DNA from: Longimicrobiales bacterium
Lineage (GTDB): Bacteria > Gemmatimonadota > Gemmatimonadetes > Longimicrobiales > Gaopeijiaceae
Assembly: GCA_965219445.1 (NCBI GenBank)
Contig: CBDCNQ010000004.1
Span: 233,023 to 297,022, forward strand
Reading direction: 5' to 3'
Length of the DNA: 64,000 bases
The first letter of the stretch is position 1; each line of letters starts with the position of its first letter. Made by a program: the position numbers and the translations under genes. The notes under the pieces are model-generated. The model was not told where the DNA came from, did no database searches, and was given only the letters and a program-made list of their open reading frames with translations. Shown piece by piece: positions 58,694 to 64,000 of the stretch.

Positions 58694-59541
58694 TCAGGTT
58701 AGCAGGAGACGTATTGCTCCACGCTTGAGCCGCACCTCAACGGGCAGTTTTCCAACCGGCTCTCCATCCAGTTGGAAGGGCACCTCGCCCTCTGAACGTA
58801 GCCTTATCCGGCTACCCAGAGTGTGCCTGACCCCACGGGCACGGTGAAGGCTCGAGGTGAGCATGCTCAGCCCCAGCCGAGCTAACCTCAGTTTCGAAAT
58901 CACTGGAGCGGCCACGACATCGAGCTGGGCGTCGAAGGGATCCGCCGTTTCCGCGACAACGACTCCAAACGCGAGCTCGGCGACGTTTGGCAGGACTACG
59001 CTTGAGGCGACCCCAAACTCAGATCCATCGACCTCGAGTTCAATGTCCGGCCCCGGGTAGCGTCGCAGAGCGCCCAAGACCTGAGGTGTGTTTCGCACCA
59101 AGCCCGCCATGCCCATGAGCCCGGTACGGGAAGCGTTCAGCGCGTCGATCACCACTGCGTCGAACCCAGCCCCGAACCAAAGAAGGAATGGACGTGCGCC
59201 ACCGGAGTAGCTGACGACCCCGACATCCGCCGAGCGAACGGCTACATCGGATAGGGACCTGGCGACGAGACTGGGATCTGAGCCAAACCCAAACGCCCGG
59301 ACCGCGGCGTTAGCAGTTCCGGAGGGCAAGAAGCCGAGATCAGGAAGCGCTTCTGCGGTCCGTCCCAATGCCATCAAGCCGCTGAGGACTTCATTCAGTG
59401 TCCCGTCCCCGCCCACAGCGATGATCCGCTCCACATCCGTGGCTCGCGCTGCCGCGATTTCAGAAGCGGAGCCTCGGTGCTGCGTCTCGACGACCTCTAC
59501 CTGGCAATAGTCGGACAGGCCGCTTGCAAGAAGCCGCGCTC
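58694..59541 (-). pseudogene. Diacylglycerol-kinase-family lipid kinase (YegS/BmrU-like), 3' portion, split by IS
   Basis: The C-terminal 282 aa of ORF 58694..59890 contain IIAVGGDGTLNEVLSGL and LGFLPSGTANA. ORF residues upstream of nt 59541 are antisense IS sequence. Confidence 0.85.
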
Positions 59542-59582
59542 TGGAGTTGGCCCCGCACGGTGGACGGTTTTGGACTAGAGAT

Positions 59583-60431
59583 TCACGCGGCGGGGGCGTG
59601 TTCCTTTTCGTAGTTAAGAGGAGACAATTGGCCGAGGGCAGAGTGCCGTCGGTGGGGATTGTACCAGGCTTCGATGAAGTCGAACACGGCCATCCTGGCC
59701 TCGGCCTGATTGCGGAAGCTCTTTCGTTCGATGAGTTCGGTCTCGAGCGTGGCGAAGAAGCTCTCGCACATCGCGTTATCGTACGCGTCGCCGACCGAGC
59801 CCATCGAGGGTCGGACGCTGGCCTCTTTGCAGCGTAGGCCGAAGGCGATCGAGGTGTACTGGGTACCCTGATCGCTATGATGGATGACACCGTTCGGTCG
59901 TCGTTGCTGCAGCGCCATGTTCAGCGCGTCGAGCACGAGATCGGTCTTGAGATGCGTCTTCATCGACCATCCGACCACATGGCGGCTCCACGCATCGACG
60001 ACGACTGACAGGTACAAGAAGCCGCTCCAGGTCGGCACGTAGGTGATGTCGGCAACCCAGAGCTGGTCCGGGCCGTGCACACTGAAGTCGCGCGCGACGA
60101 GATCGGGGGCAGGTCGAGCATCTCTGTTTCGCTTCGTCGTGCGCCACTTCCTTCGCCGCGTAGCGCCTTGTAGTCCTGCCAGCCTCATCAGACGACGCAC
60201 CCGCTTGTGGTTGACCTGCCAGCCGTCGTCCCTGAGCTCGGCGTACATCCGTGGCTGGCCATACGTCTCACGGCTGAACGTGTGGATCTCACGCATCCGA
60301 CCTAGCAGTCGCTCGTTCTCGACCGCGCGATGCGATGGAGGACGCTTTCTCCATGCGTAGTACCCGCTGGGCGAGACGCTCAGGACTTCGCACATCATCT
60401 GCACGCTGAACTCGGCCTGGTTGGCCCTCAC
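59583..60431 (-). CDS. IS3-family transposase OrfB (DDE/rve)
   Basis: ORF 59583..60431. Contains PDQLWVADITYVPT, VIHHSDQGTQYTS, GDAYDNAMCESFFATLE and YNPHRRHSALG. Confidence 0.9.
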   Translation of the reverse strand: MRANQAEFSVQMMCEVLSVSPSGYYAWRKRPPSHRAVENERLLGRMREIHTFSRETYGQPRMYAELRDDGWQVNHKRVRRLMRLAGLQGATRRRKWRTTKRNRDARPAPDLVARDFSVHGPDQLWVADITYVPTWSGFLYLSVVVDAWSRHVVGWSMKTHLKTDLVLDALNMALQQRRPNGVIHHSDQGTQYTSIAFGLRCKEASVRPSMGSVGDAYDNAMCESFFATLETELIERKSFRNQAEARMAVFDFIEAWYNPHRRHSALGQLSPLNYEKEHAPAA

Positions 60432-60742
60432 GAACTCGAACGCTTCGGGGGCACCGAGTCGGACTCCTGAGCGAACCAGGCCGCGGCTTTTTTTAGGATC
60501 TCCCGCTCGACACGAAGCCGCTTGTTCTCACGCCGAAGCTCGCGGAGCTCCTCGCGCTCTGACGACGTCAGGCCGTCGCTTCTGACTCCCGTGTCGAGGT
60601 CCGTCTGCTTCACCCAATTGTGGATCGTCTGCGCTGTGGGCTCAAACTCCCGACTCAGCTCCTCAGGCGTGCGACCTGCTTTGACCAGCTCCACCATCTG
60701 CTGGCGGAACTCCAACGAATACGGCGGTCTCGTTCTTGGCAT
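60428..60742 (-). CDS. IS3-family transposase OrfA (HTH plus leucine zipper)
   Basis: ORF 60428..60742. Starts MPRTRPPYSLEFRQQMVELVKAGRTPEELSREFEPTAQTIHNWVKQ and contains ELRRENKRLRVEREILKKAAAWFA. Overlaps orfB by 4 nt. Confidence 0.9.
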   Translation of the reverse strand: MPRTRPPYSLEFRQQMVELVKAGRTPEELSREFEPTAQTIHNWVKQTDLDTGVRSDGLTSSEREELRELRRENKRLRVEREILKKAAAWFAQESDSVPPKRSSS

Positions 60743-60796
60743 CGTGGACTCCTCTCTCTAAAGAGAATAGGTGTCCACCGTCAGGGGCTAACTCCA

Positions 60797-60857
60797 CTCT
60801 GTGCCGGGCGCGACCGCTCCCTGAAGCCGGATTGACGATCACCAGATACGACGGCAC
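60797..60857 (-). pseudogene. Lipid kinase 5' portion (first 20 codons, GTG start)
   Basis: GTG-PSYLVIVNPASGSGRARHR. Removing the IS and one CTC copy joins this in frame to ARLLASGLSDY at 59538, giving a 301-aa ORF. Confidence 0.85.
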
Positions 60858-61245
60858 AGGACTCCCAAGGTGGAGACTCTCACCGCACTCTAACGTTGTG
60901 CGATTCTACTGCGCGTCAATCTGCCGACCGCAAGCGAAGCGCGCGACCCTGACGTCTACCGCGACTGCAGCAATCGATCTACCTCGCTCTGCCCTGAATT
61001 CCCCAATTACACGCCAAATCCGCGTAGCACCGACTGAATGACCGCTGCCGGAAGTGTCATGAGTGCTACCGCACAGCCTCTAGCTGGACCTTCTTGCTGA
61101 CTATCACGAATGAGGATGGGATTGCCACGCATGAAGTCTTCGATATCGATGGTAGGGCTGTGAATAACTTCGATGCCTCGCCGAAGCTGATCGTCCATGG
61201 ACCGGAGTCTCAAGAAAGTGCACTAAGAGAGGATGCTCGCACACT

Positions 61246-61353
61246 ATCCGCGACAACTCAGGAGGGCAAGCCGCCGCTATGAAACGATTGTCTGTTCGAC
61301 CCAGGAAGCGTCTAGGCTATCGCACTCCCGAGGAATGCTATGTCCAGAACTAG
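61246..61353 (+). pseudogene. IS30-family transposase C-terminal remnant
   Basis: Own reading: ...GQAAAMKRLSVRPRKRLGYRTPEECYVQN-stop. This matches the LN-RPRK-LG--TP-E tail typical of IS30 transposases. Nothing upstream matches. Confidence 0.5.
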
Positions 61354-61366
61354 CCCGTGTTGCACT

Positions 61367-61828
61367 TCAAAGTTGATCCTGAGCAGCGCTCGATCGCATA
61401 TCCGAGACCCGAGCATTTAGGTCCGCACCGAACTCGCGGAATCGTGCCATCGCCAGACGTAGTAGCGGCCAAAGCACTGGTACCAGGAGGCCGGTGGCCA
61501 CCCATCGCTGGCGCAACGAGAGCCCGGAGGTCCCGCCACCAACGAGCGTGAAATAATGCACCAGGTGGACGAGCAAGTGATGGCCCAGAGAGGCTTCGAA
61601 AGCAAGCTCCCGGGACGGGTCAACCGAAACCACGGTTGGACGGAATGGACGCAGGCGTTGCCCGGGGCCGCGAATGCGGAACAGGACGCGTGCTCCCGGC
61701 ACGGTGGCGCCGCTGGCGAATGGTACCAGATGGCTCCACTGTGGATAAGCGTCGCAATCTGTGAGCACCGCCCACGCCACGTCACGTGTGCCGTCGATTG
61801 GTGTAAAGAACTCGAATTCTCGTGACAT
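61367..61828 (-). CDS. SRPBCC (polyketide cyclase/START-like) family protein
   Basis: ORF 61367..61828. Contains EFFTPIDGTRDVAWAVLTDCDAYPQWSHLV...RPTVVSVDPSRELAFEASLG. Confidence 0.7.
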   Translation of the reverse strand: MSREFEFFTPIDGTRDVAWAVLTDCDAYPQWSHLVPFASGATVPGARVLFRIRGPGQRLRPFRPTVVSVDPSRELAFEASLGHHLLVHLVHYFTLVGGGTSGLSLRQRWVATGLLVPVLWPLLRLAMARFREFGADLNARVSDMRSSAAQDQL

Positions 61829-62037
61829 GCTTAGCGCCGTCTAACGATTAAGGATTGTTTCCATACTCTACGCGCGGAAGCTCCTGCTCGGGCTACGATG
61901 CCCATGAGCAGCTTGAGATGCAACCTCAGCCCCTGTGACGCCCAGGTATGAACTGCGGGTTTCTAACCAGCTCATGAGGCAACTCCTATGACTCGGCAGT
62001 CCCGGCGCCCGCTGTCCCGCCGCGGTGTCGGGGGGAG

Positions 62038-62637
62038 GTGTCGAAAGGTTTGCGCGTGAACCCGTCAGCGTTTCGCGCGCTTGACCTTCGCGCGCATCAG
62101 CTCCTGTCCGACGCGCCGCTCCACGACGTGTGGTGCTTCCGGCTACGCGGCGGTGGTCCGGGCATCACCGTGCGCGACGTGATCGACCTCTTCGTCGACC
62201 TTGATGGCTCGAGGGTCGACCCAGCGGCCCGTGTCCTGTTTGCTTTGCGCGCGATGATGGGGCGGGTATTCGGCTGGGATCGTGAGGTCCCGACCGCATC
62301 CGCCCGTTCCTACGTCAATCGGCTATCCGCGGAGGACCGTGCGCGATCACTCGACGCGCCCGGCTCGAAACGCGGCTTCTGGACCACCGTGTATACGTTC
62401 GACCGCGAGGCGTTGGGTGAGGTCATCAACCACACAGTGCATGCGTTTCTGCTCTTCGCCCTAGAACCGGCTCCCAGCGGGTACACCTTGTACTGGGGGA
62501 TTTATGTCAAGCCGGTAAGTCGATTCACTGCGTTCTACATGGGGCTGATCGACCCCTTTCGGCGGCACCTGATCTATCCTCGGCTCATTCACCGATTTGA
62601 GGAGGTCTGGTCCAGAAGGTGGGAGGGCACAGCATAA
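62038..62637 (+). CDS. DUF2867-like protein
   Basis: ORF 62038..62637. Contains LHDVWCFRL, WTTVYTFDREALGEVINHTVHAFL and WGIYVKPVSRFTAFYMGLIDPFRRHLIYP. The family name is from memory. Confidence 0.6.
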   Translation: MSKGLRVNPSAFRALDLRAHQLLSDAPLHDVWCFRLRGGGPGITVRDVIDLFVDLDGSRVDPAARVLFALRAMMGRVFGWDREVPTASARSYVNRLSAEDRARSLDAPGSKRGFWTTVYTFDREALGEVINHTVHAFLLFALEPAPSGYTLYWGIYVKPVSRFTAFYMGLIDPFRRHLIYPRLIHRFEEVWSRRWEGTA

Positions 62638-63059
62638 GGAGACCGTGACGACCGCCGTCGCGCCGCATGACGACGGGGCGGTGCACAGGAGGAGGACTCG
62701 TGAAAGCATTCTATCTAGTAGCGGCCCATCGGGTGGAGGTGGCGGCGCTCGAGAGCTCTTGCGCTCCCGTTGGCGAGCACCCGCCGTTCTGCACGGCCTT
62801 CGATCTCATAGCTGGGCATTCATTCTCTTCAAGCACGTGGGAGGAGTGAGGGTCTTTCACCGCTCTGACGTTGTGGAATACCGTCTTGAGCACCACCGCG
62901 AGGAATTGGGCGAGAGACTCACGACGCTGGAGAAGATGACGAACTGACTCTTTTTTTGGCCCGGTCTGTCACCGCCATTGTCACCACGGGCCAATCTGGC
63001 ACCACATGACAGAAGCCCCACAGGGCCGTTAAGCCTTGCGGGGCTTGCTTTTACCGCAG

Positions 63060-63198
63060 TGGAGCCAGCCGGGATCGAACCGGCGAAGCGGGATCGTACG
63101 AGGACAGCTCGATGTTCACGAGTCCACTCGTCCCCAAGAGCGACTCCTTGCCCGGTTAACCCCGGACGCGTACGGTAGCGGTGACCAGAGGTAGCCCC
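63060..63198 (-). ncRNA. tRNA-like element: canonical T arm plus 3' acceptor (63060-63090); possible 139-nt RNA with an Ala-type acceptor stem
   Basis: Minus strand: ...GCCGG UUCGAUC CCGGC UGGCUCC A. No D or anticodon arm could be folded upstream. GGGGCUA at 63198-63192 could pair with UGGCUCC (including G3:U70), but a 7-nt match allowing wobble pairs is not rare by chance. Confidence 0.35.
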
Positions 63199-63223
63199 TT
63201 TCCGAGTTCGCCGAGGTGACCCC

Positions 63224-64000
63224 ATGTCGGTTCGCAAGCCAATTGTGTCCATAGCCGCGCTTCTCGTTGTGTCCTCGTTGTTGGCACCGCAGCACACAGC
63301 TGCGCAGAACTCCTCGAACCCATATTCGATCATCGAAGGGTGGGCAAAGCTTCCGAGCGGAAGGGAGATGGGAGCAGTCGGCAAGGCGACGGTCGACCCC
63401 GACGGACGCCATATCTGGGCCGTCATCCGCTGCGATGCCGGGCCTGAGCGGTTCGGAACAGAGTGCCTTGATTCAGACCTGCCTCCCGTCTCGAAGTTCG
63501 ACCCCGACGGGAACCTGGTCGAGGCCTTCGGCAGCGGAATGTTCATCTGGCCGCATGGAATTGACGTTGACTCCGATGGCAACGTCTGGGTGACTGACGC
63601 CGTGAGTGAAAACAACATTCCCGCGGGCGACAATCGGGGCCATCAGGTCATCAAGTTCAGTCCGACGGGCGAAGTGCTCATGACACTTGGCACGCCCGGA
63701 GAAGAGGGGGGCGGTCCGAACCACTTCACCTCTCCCAGCGATGTGGCGGTCGCGCCCAACGGCGACGTGTTCATCGCGGACGGCCACAACGAGAGCGGTA
63801 ACAACCGCGTGATGAAGTACAACAGCCGCGGCGAGTTCCTCATGTCTTGGGGAGAGACCGGGTACGCCCCAGGGCAGTTCCGTGCCCTACACGCCATCGA
63901 CATCGACATGGACGGCCGGGTCTTCGTGGGAGATCGAGGCAACAGCCGAATCCAGATTTTCGACCAACAGGGCAATCATGCCGCCACTTGGACCCAATTC
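63224..64000 (+). CDS. NHL-repeat beta-propeller protein (PAL-like), partial (runs off right edge)
   Basis: Own translation, not in the ORF track: MSVRKPIVSIAALLVVSSLLAPQHTAAQ (signal peptide), then PHGIDVDSDGNVWVTD, PSDVAVAPNGDVFIADG and LHAIDIDMDGRVFVGDRGNSRIQIF. Confidence 0.8.
   Translation, partial: MSVRKPIVSIAALLVVSSLLAPQHTAAQNSSNPYSIIEGWAKLPSGREMGAVGKATVDPDGRHIWAVIRCDAGPERFGTECLDSDLPPVSKFDPDGNLVEAFGSGMFIWPHGIDVDSDGNVWVTDAVSENNIPAGDNRGHQVIKFSPTGEVLMTLGTPGEEGGGPNHFTSPSDVAVAPNGDVFIADGHNESGNNRVMKYNSRGEFLMSWGETGYAPGQFRALHAIDIDMDGRVFVGDRGNSRIQIFDQQGNHAATWTQF

Larger units (their letters stand above)
59542..60796 (-). mobile_element. Intact IS3-family insertion sequence (1255 bp) with 3-bp target-site duplication CTC
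   Basis: The terminal inverted repeats are TGGAGTTGGCCCCGCACGGTGGAC (59542..) and the reverse complement of TGGAGTTAGCCCCTGACGGTGGAC (..60796). CTC occurs at 59539-59541 and 60797-59799 region start (60797-60799). orfA and orfB lie inside. Confidence 0.9.

Noticed and set aside
58694-59890. 398-aa ORF as a single protein.
   Set aside because: The residues encoded by 59542-59890 are an off-frame (same-strand) translation of the IS3-element end and the orfB 3' region. The true kinase N-terminus lies on the other side of the IS (60797-60857).
63060-63198. Full tmRNA (ssrA) gene.
   Set aside because: It is far too short. It lacks the conserved UUCGAC(G/A)GG 5' region, and it has no plausible resume codon or tag ORF ending in hydrophobic residues. 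It is kept only as a tRNA-like fragment or candidate small RNA.
1-64000. CRISPR arrays, rRNA genes, retron or DGR signatures.
   Set aside because: No regularly spaced short direct repeats were seen and no rRNA-like segments were seen. The only RT has full group II intron maturase features and flanking ribozyme domains.

Overview
High-GC bacterial chromosomal window. The gene content (DUF5916, CarboxypepD_reg/TonB-plug, several M28 peptidases, PQQ beta-propellers) suggests a Gemmatimonadota- or Acidobacteriota-like organism, but that is inference only.

(1) nt 1-16.9 kb looks like one end of an integrative conjugative element (ICE):
- trbE-trbD-trbC type IV secretion genes and an AlpA-type regulator.
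- A decayed AbiEi/AbiEii pair.
- A giant Calx-beta/FN3 autotransporter gene split into two long ORFs by a sense-oriented group II intron. Exact junctions can be read, and the spliced ORF is 1906 aa.
- A LysR regulator flanked by a duplicated ~200-bp element, an IS fragment, and xis-int.
- The element abuts a truncated TRAP dctM.

(2) 17-32 kb is mostly core genes:
- dctQ, an ArsA-like ATPase, a small protein ending in Cys-Cys, and cstA.
- A DUF1207 protein, an MFS transporter, rsmD, a pseudopilin and an HD-GYP protein.
- An ArsM-like methyltransferase with an in-frame TGA at the conserved Cys position, followed by a hairpin. This is a candidate selenoprotein.
- A PQQ dehydrogenase.

(3) 32-53 kb is mixed:
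- An IS-disrupted metallophosphoesterase and a twice-frameshifted DUF5916 gene.
- vapBC with operator repeats, peptidases and a second PQQ enzyme.
- A four-copy conserved upstream motif (TTGCGC-N17/18-GATGTT).

(4) 53-63 kb is an accessory mosaic:
- IS91, IS1595 and IS30 remnants.
- An intact IS3-family element with a 3-bp target duplication inside a lipid-kinase gene.
- A tRNA-Leu(UAA) and an orphan tRNA-like 3' fragment.

At least eight genes are frameshifted, truncated or IS-disrupted. No rRNA genes or CRISPR arrays were seen. All calls come from reading the translations and sequence by eye; no searches were run.
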